A stretch of DNA of 61,609 nt, filler included, from Choristocarpus tenellus KU-1152 (Eukaryota > Protista > Phaeophyceae): assembly GCA_964200185.2 (NCBI GenBank). It is 6 parts of 6 records of this genome, joined end to end, with 100 filler letters (N's around TTAATTAATTAA, not from the genome) between each part and the next. Parts side by side here need not be neighbours in the genome. Positions count along the whole stretch, not along the records: positions 21,505 to 28,833 come from CAXNAD020006324.1; positions 28,934 to 40,958 come from CAXNAD020002021.1; 4 more parts are not named here. The stretch is one strand, 5' to 3'. The position numbers were made by a program, and so were the translations under genes. The notes under the pieces are model-generated. The model was not told the DNA's origin. It saw only the letters and a list, made by a program, of their open reading frames with translations, and ran no database searches. This document shows positions 25,901 through 37,111 of this stretch, one piece after another; the stretch's first letter is position 1; each line of letters begins with the position of its first letter.

Positions 25901-28213
25901 ATTTTTGATGCAAATACTCTCAATACGTACAGCTACTATGAGGTAAGGCCTCATCAATATGTTTGAGGTTGCAAGGACTCCCCTTATTTTTTTTTATGAG
26001 GTAATCCCGATATCTTTTGCATCTTATCTTGGTGTTCTCGAAGTAAGTGATCTAGTAAGGGCCGTGCACAGTTGGTGCATTCCTCTTGATGTCAAATTTG
26101 TACCCTCTAAATGTGACTGATTAAATGTGAGTCTTCTGGTAATATGTTAGTTGCAGTAATGCTTCCATTTTTCGATATATATACTTCTACGCTGTGAACA
26201 ATAATTTTGGTCTATACAAGGGATTCAAAGTGTTGGCTTAGTGGAATTGTCTCTGGGTAAAACAGTAAACTTCCCAAAAGGTATGGTGTGAATTCATGAA
26301 CAATGTGACTAGTCAACCACTGTATACAATCACAACATGATCGCGAGGTTGGGGACAAATTGGGGTACTCCGTTATTCTAATATTTTAATGCTACTTTTT
26401 GTGCTGTGTCTATTAACCCTCAATTTTGGAACTAATATTCAACGACCATTTTGATTTTTTTTTTTTGACGGCATAAAGAACATAAGTGCAACAAGTAGGT
26501 GTAATGATAAGTCTCAGAAGCTTATTTTGATGGTATGCTAAAGCACTTACTTTTAACTTATGGCAGTCTATCACACTAGCTAAAAGATATCACAATCATG
26601 TTTTTGAGGAGTTATGAGCAACGGTGAGGTGCATACACCTGATAAAATAAGGTTACCTAATTTTATGAAGGAATGAAGTCGTATTGTACATGAGGTATCA
26701 GTACGCCGTACCAAGTTGTGACGCCTATCAGATTGTATCAAGTACCGTGTAGAAGGTCTCTCTGATTTGACCAATGAAAGGATATGCTTGATGGATTTCT
26801 GGTATTGAAATATCCAACAGGGTCTGCTTGTACTCTTCCCAAGGAACATGATGGGGAACCAACCCTCACTCTGATTCGTCCTCTGGGAGAATATCGTTTT
26901 GGTCTTTGTACACAACATCATCATTGGAAACGAATTTATGTACACCATCTCTATGTTCTGAATGGTGTCACTACTGGCCTCATATTCCCTTTCATAATCG
27001 GTTTGCTACAACAATGGAAATAAACTGTTGTACTGGGTATTTTTTTCTTGGTCGATTTTGGTTGGCAGGATTATGCAATTTTGAGATAAACATTTCATGA
27101 TATTATTGGAATACAACATCATAAACGACTCCTTATGTAACGCCATCCAGTCCAACCACCCATGTTCTTTGGATAGATGACATATACAACAGCTGATTGG
27201 CGATCGTGTTGAAATGTATAATATACATTGGCACGATCCTTTTATCTTTTTTGGGTGCATATTATTATATGTGGCGAATTGCTGTCGTAGCGACTTGCTG
27301 GCAACCGCCTGCCAACTTTAGCACTCTCTTCACTGCTTTGTATGTACCTTTGTTAGAGGTGAGACTCTTCCTCCATCCACAGTAACATTTGACCTCATGT
27401 TGTCTAGCTGACTCCCGTCTCAATATACTGCATCTACACCCTATATCAGGCAGAGAGCACATCTTCTGATTTTCACCAGGTGGTGTCTGGATTGATGCGC
27501 GTGCGCATCAGTGTACTCGATTTATCCTTCCTAAGCATTGAAGAAGTGGATCCATTGGAGTTGTCTACTGTCCTAGGCTCCATTGGAGGCTTTTGGCGTG
27601 AGTTCCTGTCATCTGCATCGTTTGTATTGAAAAAAAAAAAACATTTTTCCCTTTTGCTCTCAGCAAATGGCTGTTAAGGTAGCTTGAAATACGTGTCTTG
27701 CACACACTAGCAGCAATATCGCTGAGTCAAATGGAAGATCAACATTACTTGGTTCGCTGTCGAGATATCCTTTGGCGATCTCTGAAAGGCTCTGCATATA
27801 TTGATGCCAAAGTGCAACACCCCAGCACTGTAACATATCAGCCATCACCCAATATGCACTACCCACAAATGGTATTTAAATTGAAGGGGAGGGAAGTGTT
27901 GCTTAGTGAATGCACTCTATTTGGCTGGTTTAACATACAAGATACTCAATTAATGTGAGTGATGCTTGTGATCCACTTGGTAACCACTAGACCTCAGCAG
28001 GAGTTACTGCACCTGTTCACCAGTTCCTCATTCTTACCCCTGGTTACCTATCACTCAGAGTATGTCCTCCTAGTGTGGGGGGTATTCTTCGTTTTGAAGA
28101 TACCGCCCATGAGGACAGCCCGACACCTTGGCAAGTGCGAGAGGTCTGTGTCAAAACTTGATGCAACAGCAGCGAAAGAAGAAAAGGAAATGCCACCGAG
28201 CGGTGTGGATTGA
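22977..28213 (+). CDS. Two-TM protein resembling trimeric ENaC/DEG/ASIC or PAC (TMEM206) channels, multi-exon
   Basis: Exons 22977-22990 (tentative), 23043-23190 (TM1 VVWGILLLGWLCFALWTIL, then NPPTKTSVV), 23366-23533 (YKFPDIQFCF), 24184-24291, uncertain small exons at 24591-24973, then 25135-25249, 25853-25942, 27480-27597 (LSIEEVDPLELSTVLGSIGGFW) and 28059-28213 (YVLLVWGVFFVL...*). The gene is well supported by splice phases; the family assignment rests on motif recognition. Confidence 0.6.
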
Positions 28214-28763
28214 GCAGGAAATTCGTTGAGCGAGCCAACAGAGTCAGTAAGATACGGAAGGGGAAGGGGTTTTGGTTCTATTTGAAATTGTGTGGGTTTA
28301 TCTTGCTGTTCTCCTGAATTTCATGTTGTGTCATGTTTCACATCATTCTTCCATCTCTCCCTTCCCTTTCGGCATGAAAGACAACATCCAACCCACAAAT
28401 CGGACCAGTTAATAGTATGTGCTTTTAGGGGGTTTTATTATCTTGCCCCCACCGTACTTTATTGAGTCAGAAGTTGGATTATGTACATCTATTTTCCTTG
28501 CAAACTCTTGAGAACACATTGGAATATGTGCTAGTTGTAGAGAACATATTTTTCTTTCACCTACTTCTAGTATCCTTTGCTCATTACATGGCGGAGGAAT
28601 GAAGAGACAATGTTTGTGTTTGGAAGAATAGAAGATAAGGTTGGGTTTCAAGAACTAGAATATGGAACAGTTCAGGAATAGGAAGCATTTTGGGAAGTAA
28701 TCTTCGATTAGGTTGATTAGTCATTCACAGAATAGAATTGATTTGGTGGCAAGCCCCCCCCCT

Positions 28764-28833
28764 TGTTCGTAGATAGTGCTGCTGATACACTATAGACACC
28801 ACTGGTGGATTATGTGATAAGGTAGAGAGCCAG
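28764..28833 (+). repeat. End of an LTR-like repeat at a contig end; reverse copy at 48126-48197
   Basis: TGTTCGTAGATAGTGCTGCTGATACACTATAGACACCACTGGTGGATTATGTGATA is nearly identical to the reverse complement of 48126-48197. It starts with TG. Confidence 0.75.
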
Positions 28834-28933
28834 NNNNNNNNNNNNNNNNNNNNNNNNNNNNNNNNNNNNNNNNNNNNTTAATTAATTAANNNNNNNNNNN
28901 NNNNNNNNNNNNNNNNNNNNNNNNNNNNNNNNN
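28834..28933. other. Artificial contig linker
   Basis: N44-TTAATTAATTAA-N44. Confidence 0.97.
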
Positions 28934-28947
28934 TTCCTGTACCACAA

Positions 28948-29206
28948 GAGCCAAAGTATCTTAGAGGGTAGATCCGCGTCCATTTGGGGGCCAAAATCCA
29001 ATGTTGCGATTTGGATGTATTTTTGGCTATCGTGTTAGTTAGGAAGCGTCAATGACCATGTTCCACACACACGTTTTCGCAACTTAAACATTTAACCTAC
29101 TCCTAAATATTTAGGAGTAGCAAAACATCATTAAAAAAACCTTGAGAAGCCAAGCCCCAAATGGAAAAACAGGGCAGAATTCGTACCCTCTAAGATACCT
29201 TCACTC
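28948..29206 (+). mobile_element. MITE copy 1 (~259 bp)
   Basis: TIRs GAGCCAAAGTATCTTAGAGGGTA and TACCCTCTAAGATACCTTCACTC; flanks ACAA/CCAA; internal palindrome CTACTCCTAAATATTTAGGAGTAG; homologous to 39521-39778 and 50524-50774. Confidence 0.9.
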
Positions 29207-29259
29207 CCAAATTATCTAAAGTGCAGTCCTGCCCATATACATCCCCCTTTTATGGGTCT

Positions 29260-30080
29260 TGCTTGTCCTGTCTGCCGTTTTTGGCTCACACACGCCAAAC
29301 ACCAAGCTTTCCATCAAAGCTGTGAGCCGAATCCGGGCGGGCGTTGGCTGCAATGATCATGGTTTTGGGGATATGAATCTTGTGCTGCACAGTAGGGGAC
29401 CCTGGAAGGTCGCTATCATCCTCATGTGGAAATACTCTCATCCTTTCCCCATCAGCCATCACATAAAACCAGGTTTCAGCCACATGGATCGTGTTTGCCA
29501 TGGAGACGTACACACCACATTTCTGGTCCACTTGATTGCAAATAAAGTCCATTCTCCATACCCTTATACCATGATTAAGGTTGGTTTGATCCAGCGGCGA
29601 TTCGGCATGGCCCCCATATCATCCAACCACCTGTTTATGGTGCTCATGCTATTATTCAGCCCCTTGACAGCCATCTTCATTGTCACTGGACGCACTGTGG
29701 ATGACTGATTATCGGAGTTGATACCGTGTATTGTGACCATCTTGGTCGGTGTGAGCTCCGAAGGCCGCCCACTATGTGTCGCCACCCCTAGGACAAGCGT
29801 GCGGGCTGATCGGCAACGTCCTCCAAGAGCCTTCGCATGTAACACTCGGAAACTCCAAACTCCGATGCGAGGGCCAACCCAACATGTCGCAGCAGTTTAT
29901 GCTCACCAGGGACCATTACTAGGACATGCCACACTGCAAGCGCAACCCTGGTATTCAGGGAAAATTGGGCAACCTTCCTACACGGGGTGGTCGACGGGGG
30001 GGTTACCATGCCGACGCTCGTGATTTTTAACAAGTTCAAGTTGGTTACAGCATGCCAACTAAAATGCAGATTGTAAATCA
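29260..30080 (-). mobile_element. Degenerate mariner-like (DD39D/plant-oomycete type) transposase, N-terminal and catalytic part
   Basis: IHVAETWFYV...HIPKTMIIAANARPD...FDGKLGVW matches the VHIDEKWFY / KVMFLAAVARP / FDGKIGIW consensus. An HTH-like region (STINRWLDDMG) lies upstream. Frameshifted. Confidence 0.85.
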
Positions 30081-30099
30081 TCTCATGGTTTGCCGAGTA

Positions 30100-30720
30100 A
30101 ACTCTTCAGTAGTGACATCTAAATCAGCATTAGGGGAACCAAGAATAATCTTAACAGGGAAATGAGGTTGTCTTCCAAAGAGAATGAAAAACGGGGTTTC
30201 ATGCCAACACTACACAGAAATCTCTATTATGGGCTAGCTGTACAAAAGGCAGTAACAATGCTCAGTTATCCTCAGCAATGGAGATATACATTGCTAGCAT
30301 AGAATGCAAATAGCATATGCTCTCTCTAACACAGAATTTCTTTGAGGGTGATACAGTGTGCTTTGGGGTTGCTTGTAACCAAAGACAGACTACAACTCTG
30401 CAACAATACTGTTTTCAAATTCGGCACCGTGATCGGACAATAACAACTTGGGGGGGGCTGAGAATTGAAAATGCATGTTCTACCAGCATATAAGCAATTG
30501 TTGAAGCCTCTTTGTTTAGAACACGGTATAGTACAACAAAACTAGTGAGGTGATCAATAATAGACAAGATGAACAAGCACATCACACCATTTACTGCTGG
30601 GGAATGTGTTTTGTACTCTACCAAAACAATAGAATGGTCTGTCGATGGGCATTTGGGCAGTGGGAAGCGTAGCTCTGTTATTAGCAGTCTCACGTGTTTG
30701 GCATGCCTCACAATCCCGGC
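30100..30720 (-). mobile_element. Ty3/gypsy integrase fragment
   Basis: LVEYKT...ILSIIDHLTSFVVLYRVLNKEASTIAYMLVEHAFSILSPP resembles the integrase at 10900-11320. Confidence 0.75.
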
Positions 30721-31663
30721 ATCATGGATGTGTTCCCTGCTTTAGCAGACGCCACCTCACACTTCTTTGACTCCTTCTCTGCTGCAACTTCCAATGATTA
30801 AAAAAAAATGTTGTATTGAGCAACAATAGTGTGCCCATGCCCGGCTTCAGAACTTCTGATCGCGCCCATCTCGTTCCCACACACATATGGCACAGCACGG
30901 GTATCGTGCTCTCCCAAACAAGCAGATTTGGAGCTTCAGCCCAACACCGACGAATCTTGGAGCTAGGTAGTGTGGAGGACATGGCCAGCACGGTGGAAGA
31001 CGTGAGTGAATGTCACCCAGGCACTGGAAAAGAGAGTAGTTGGGGCATCTAGTCACAGAAAAAAGCATCGCTAGCTCGTGTGAATATTCCCGAACCATTT
31101 TACCCAGGATGGAACTTCCAACAAACCTCCCTTACACAGTTGAAGTTCCAACGAACATGACCATGTGGGATCAAATCGATTTTGAAAAGTGGCACTGAGC
31201 TTTCAAATACACAATACGGGTCACCCCAACTCCAGATGCTCTCATCCTTTTTTTTCCCAACTTCAACATCCAAGAGAATTCAGTCCTCTCTTGTTCACTC
31301 CCCGTCTTGCACAACACATAACAATAGAGAGGGCAGGGACATGATAAGGGGGTTTTGTCCTTTCCTGTGGAATCGGAGAGGCTACATTAACCAAATAGAT
31401 TTGTTTCTCCTTCAATACCTACGCCATGTGAAATTATTTGGTTATTTCTCATATAATATAGATATGTATCCCGCGAGAATAGGTAGGTTATGTTTATAGA
31501 GTGTACTAAAAAAATACTATATACAAACAATATACAAGCTCAAAACACGTTAGATTTTGGGAAATCAAGTTCTGGTAGTTGTTGACCCAAGAATAGCACC
31601 AGAAAGTAGCAAGAACAGCGTCCTGAAAGGACACTTGACCTGGGGTGGAACCTTTCACATAGG

Positions 31664-34600
31664 ATGTCGACAAGTAGCAAGTCCCATACACGTACGGGGG
31701 AGCAGGCGTGGAACAAGATCAGTAAAGTGGTATGTATTGAGAGAAATGTCAAGGTCCAACGATGAGGCTTGGACGAGATCGCAAGGGGTTGTAGACTCCC
31801 AAATTGTTTTCTTGATTACAATCCTGTAAGGCTTCTTCCTTTGGCTGTAGTTCGTACATGAGGTCATTTCGAGGGAGGTTGTTTTAAGGGAGGTTGTTTT
31901 ACTTGGGGTGGGGTTGTGGTGTGAAGGCTTCACGGATGCTGGTTGTCCTCGTGTAAGAACTGCCATGCGATCCTTAACCTCATACTTCCTCTCTTTGCCC
32001 TGCTTCGTGCATTGTTCTTGCATAAGAATGCTGAGTTATTCACGTTAACATATGGGGCTATGGTGATGCAGCTCATTCAAGATTTCGAGGACGTCAATGC
32101 GATCAACAAGCAGCTGGAGACCATGTGCGTCTTTTGTCTTTTCTATCCTGACAGTGCAGTATAAATCCCATCTTTCACGCCCTGCCAGTATTGATAATGA
32201 GCTCAACACATATGATAAACCTGGAATAGGTCATTCAGGCATGGTGAAGGGCATTGGGGTTCCTCCTGCAGACAGCTATCAACACCGTCTTGATAACAAG
32301 CTCATGTGCCCTGCGAGAGTACCTCTGTGTAGTGCGCGCATTATTTTATTGTTCTGCACGTGTGATGTTGTGCTGATATTGAACTTCTGTTTGAGGGGGC
32401 AAGTCTTGTTTGCCTTCCTACAGTGCATCTTGCTCCCAACATATACCTGAGTGTCTCAGGCTGGGGGTGGGTACCATACCCAAACCTACGGTGTTTTCTG
32501 TTCAGAGGGCGATCCGTGATTGGTAGAGAAAGTCATAAAGACTTATTAATACCCTTGCTATGAAAGAGGATGACCGGGGAGGCGATGGTAGCAAACTGCT
32601 TTGAGAGTTCTATTTGTTGTGGTACAAGACTGACAAATTCTAGTCCATTTGTGTTTTCTTCTGTTCCATTCACTGCCTTCCTCCTCCCTGTCCTCTCACC
32701 CATCCTGTTCATGCCGTGCTGGTCTTGCTATTGCTGCTGCTTCCAGGGGCTACAACATGGGTGTGCGACTGATTGATGAGTTTTTGGCTAAGTCTAATGT
32801 GCATAGCCCTGGGGGCTGCTCAGACCTGAAAGAGACTGCAGATATCATAGCCAAGGCAAGAGAAGGGGAAATAGATACCTGCGAAATACCCAATAACACT
32901 ACCAAAGTACACTCTGTAAGTGTTGAATAACCATGAAGCTCAAATGCCACCTGCTGCCACCCTGGGATAATGTTTGGGGCGGGGGATGAAGTACCCAGGG
33001 TGTTGTGGCAACAAGGATCTTGACCACCACACCCACCCTACCAAGATGCATATATATGGTCCCTGGGTTTCTGAAATGCTTGTCTCCTGGAAAATATTGA
33101 TAGCAAACTCTTGTGTGCACACCTCTCCCCCCACCAAAAAAAGTTGAAAATGGTGTTACCTTCAATCTTATTAACTACATTGTGACCAAAGTATTAAGTC
33201 TGCATCATTTCTCTGCAATATTTGCCTGTAGAAATTTTGCCACCATCCCAATCCCTGCTTCAAAAAAAATATTAGAATAGATGGGATCGCTGCAGTGTGA
33301 TCATATGTTGATAGGTTGCTTCAAATCCCAGGCCCCTACCCCTCCATTTTGAATTGCTTTGGTCCAACAGGTGGCATTCAAGATGTTCCTGGGCGTGTCT
33401 GCTGATGTGGCTTCTTGGAATGCAGAAGCCAACGCCTTCAGTCTTCTTCTGTACGACAATCCCCTTATAGGTACAGTGTTGCCATAGGATGCAGCCTGTA
33501 TTGTGGGTGTATAACTCTTTGTTGTCATGAATGGATTGAGTAATGATAGAAGCTTTTGGTCTGATTACATGAGAGGCAGTAGGACCGAAAATATCTTGTG
33601 CTTTCAGCTTTCTCCTCCCATGCCTTAGTCAAGACCAAGCCAGCCTGACACATGACTTTCCCCCGCCCTCCATCTCTTTTGTGTCATCTGCAGAATTTGT
33701 GGAGCTCCCCCCTCAATATGGCGATTTGCTATACTCAAACCTTCTTTGTGGAGTTATTCGAGGCGCATTGGAAATGGTGAGACACCCACACACACACACA
33801 CACCAAGACCCTTTTATTCCTCCATTTTTTAGGCCTCTCCTCTGGATAGTACTTTCATTATGTGTGTGCAGCATATCTTCGATTCTCACACAGTGCGACT
33901 CTGCACAGTATTTTCAAGATACCGTTGCTACCTGTACTTTCTTTCCTTTCCCTGCAATATGTACATAATATTATGTGGTAATTGTTTTTAGCTCAACAAG
34001 AGCCTTCACAATCTTTTTGAGTTTTTTTTTTTTTAATAGCATGTCTTCTCTCCTTCCCCACATGACACACTGAGTGCTGCACCATCTAGAATGGACCGCC
34101 GCTCTCTTTTTTGCACACAACATGCCCCCTCACACCCACACTACCGGTAGCCGATTTCCCATGCTGCACACACACAATGGTTTTCCTGATTTATTACAGT
34201 ACACAACAGTACAAACAAACTTGATTTCATGACATTTTCTTACCAACCACATTGTCTGAACAATGCACATATATAATAGTTGTAGTTGTAGAAATATGAA
34301 CAGGTACAGATTAGTATGCAACAGTGCAGAAGACAGTTTTTTTTTTTTAATCCTAGTGGTGAGACATTCTTGGTTCTATTTCTTGATAATTTCCCCCTAC
34401 ATGTCATGTCTTTGATATATAGTGCTGCTATCCACTTTTTATGCTTCTTCAACAACCGTTCTAAATGTTGTGAATAGGTGCAGATGAAGGTGGAGTGTCG
34501 CTTTGTCCGTGACGTATTGAGAGGGGATGATGTAAATGAGATCAGGTGAGTTCAGACTCGGAGGGGAGGGAGGGGAGAGTGGTAATATTGTGCTTGGCAC

Positions 34601-35026
34601 TGAGTATGAGCCTTTCGACTTGGAAGCTGGCATAAGTGGGAAAGGGAGGAGGTGTGTTCATGTGCTACTTCTGCTTCTTGTTAGTAAACCTGATTTAGTT
34701 TATCCCTTGTTGTCCCTTGTTCACCATCCATACTATGCACAGCATCCAAAGTCGGACCTTGGAGAGCATTTTCAGTCACTGTTGCTCTGGTCTTTTTGTG
34801 CTGCAATTGCACTGGTACAGTTTCTGTCGACCCAGCTCTGTGGTAATTTTTTTCAAGGTGATTTAAATGAGATGTTGCTGATGCACCAGGTTGCTTTTCA
34901 TTACAACACAGACTCCCACAGCCTTTCCCACCTCTCTTTTGTGTACCAATCTCCAACCTGTATTGTAGGGTGGAGCTGAAGCAACTGATGGATGATGTCA
35001 TGGACGAGGATTACAAGGAAGCTTAA
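31664..35026 (+). CDS. BET3: Trafficking protein particle complex subunit 3 (Bet3), 7 exons
   Basis: Exons 31664-31729, 32027-32124 (NAELFTLTYGAMVMQLIQDFED), 32747-32855 (GYNMGVRLIDEFLAKS), 33371-33470 (VAFKMFLG...DNPL), 33694-33776 (FVELP...YSNLLCGVIRGALEM), 34478-34545 and 34969-35026. The gene is complete and in phase. Intron 3 has a GC donor. Confidence 0.97.
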
Positions 35027-36266
35027 CTGAACATAGAGCCCTATGTTCAATGTTGAATATACATGCTAGCTCTCAAGGAGGACCAATTGTGTGCTTGGTG
35101 AATATCAAGTGTTTATCTGTGATGCAACCAGCCTCACATCTTCTCCTCCTTCCTAGAAATTTCTGAGCATCTCCTCCATTATAATTGTATAGAGTATATT
35201 TATTGCGTTTTTTTGCACCTGACCACTGCAGTAATTATTAACTGTAATGACATTTTTGTGTGTGCATAACTGACAAGTAATAGTCCGGATGACAACATCC
35301 GTTATCCTTATACTTCCATCATTCATATACTTCACATCCTACAAGAAATCATGTATTTCTTCAGTATGTAGAATTTTGCTGTAATTTGTATTTATAGTAG
35401 GAAACAATCGTGTAGAAGTTGCATATGTGAAACTTGGACGAAGTAGTGGACACATCCAGCTACTACCACAAATCGCACTGGTTGCCTCACATGGGGAAGA
35501 ATGTGATGACCAGGAGCTACCTGGATGTTACAGGCCATCCTCAATCCATACCTTACCTAGACAAAAGATTATGTGCTTAAATTATCTGTTTGGGGGGGAA
35601 ACATGTTGCTGGTAGGAACAGTATCCCTCTAAGCGGATACTGAGAAGGAGAGAAATGTTTTCAAAGTTGTGTTTGAATTTTTGTTAAATTAGTGTGATAC
35701 GAAGCATAGGTATCTAATTCAGAGCCATAATGCCAACTCTTCAACCATCCTCACTCCCTCACTCCATAACTATGCATAATCTCTTACTTTATGTTGGTAT
35801 CTGACTTTGTGACCTCATGGAGAGGAACGAATCTCCATCTATGTTGGCTACCCATTTCTAGTTTTGTTTTTATTTATGGAAGGAAGATTGAGTTTTTTAA
35901 AGCTTCTCTATACTCGCCCTGGGCAATAGTTTTGTGTGGATGACAAGGTGTTCTCGTACTTACTTAAATCTCTGACTTAGCTCTCTGAATTTTTGCTTGG
36001 TAGATTGTTATTTGCTGAGTAATTAAGATTGAATTGGGGCAAGAGTCAAGATGACAAGATGGGCCCCTCACAAGATTCTCTTTTGCTAGAGGTGATGGTA
36101 TACTCTTGTTCACTTGTCTTTACTATTTACCTTGTGACAAGACATTAAGTGTGAGGAGACTCGAGCTCTTGAAGCAATCAATATGTATCAATCAAGTCAA
36201 TTATCTCATTAGTTCTTATGTACAGTTTCGTTAGTTACATCTCATGAACTAAACCCTATCGTAGAT

Positions 36267-36950
36267 TCACATAGTCGAGGGATATCTTATCCAAGTCATA
36301 ATGTTGCGCACTCCAACATGAGAGTACAGGGAAGAGGTTGCTATATATCTCACACAACTCAATCTTCTTAACCCGAAAGCAGTGACCACCTGCAGTTGAT
36401 GCTTGTGAGTATGTTTGGTCAAAATATTTCCAACCTGCCTTGATGTGGGGATATGCTCAACATGAAAGAACCCTTTTGCCACATACTCTCTCGTGCACTT
36501 GAGCATCATGCCTTCATGCCTATTCTACGAGTGAACGCTTAGACTGTACCTGCCTGAATTGCCCCATGACAGTCTCCAAACCATGAGGTTGGATCTTGAT
36601 CCATACCAAACTCCCTCAAAATCCCCTTTAGGAAGATGTGATGTCTCACCCTGTGGACCATCCCTGTCCACTACACTCCGTGCTTGAGAGTACTGCGGCT
36701 CCTTGAAGTCTAGACCGTCAGGCAATGGGTGCTCCTTTCAAGAGCAGGAAGTACTCTGTTGCATTCCACATTGAAACACGGCCATTGCCCCAGTCCGAGT
36801 CACCTTACCCAATCAATCCCCTATTGTCCATACTACCACCAGTAGGATATTATCTCCCCGTATCAGTAGCCACTGTACCTGCGATGTACTGTAGTACTTG
36901 TTGTAGCCCTTTCCAATGTCTGCTGCAAGGTGATGCGGTGGGCCAATAGC
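36267..36950 (-). mobile_element. Ty1/copia RT end and RNase H fragment
   Basis: REYVAKGFFHVEHIPTSRQVGNILTK matches the copia RNase H end (vpt..q.ADiLTK). Degenerate upstream. Confidence 0.75.
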
Positions 36951-37111
36951 CCATTGTCGAAAATATGCTCTAAATTCGTATGCGAAAATGCTAAGGAAAC
37001 AGTTGTAGAACTGTTGGACAACTGGATAGTTGATAGTAACCTTTGTGTTGAGTGACCAAGAGAACAATATCCAGGTTATTGTAGTATCAAAGAAGAATTC
37101 TAGAAAAGAAA

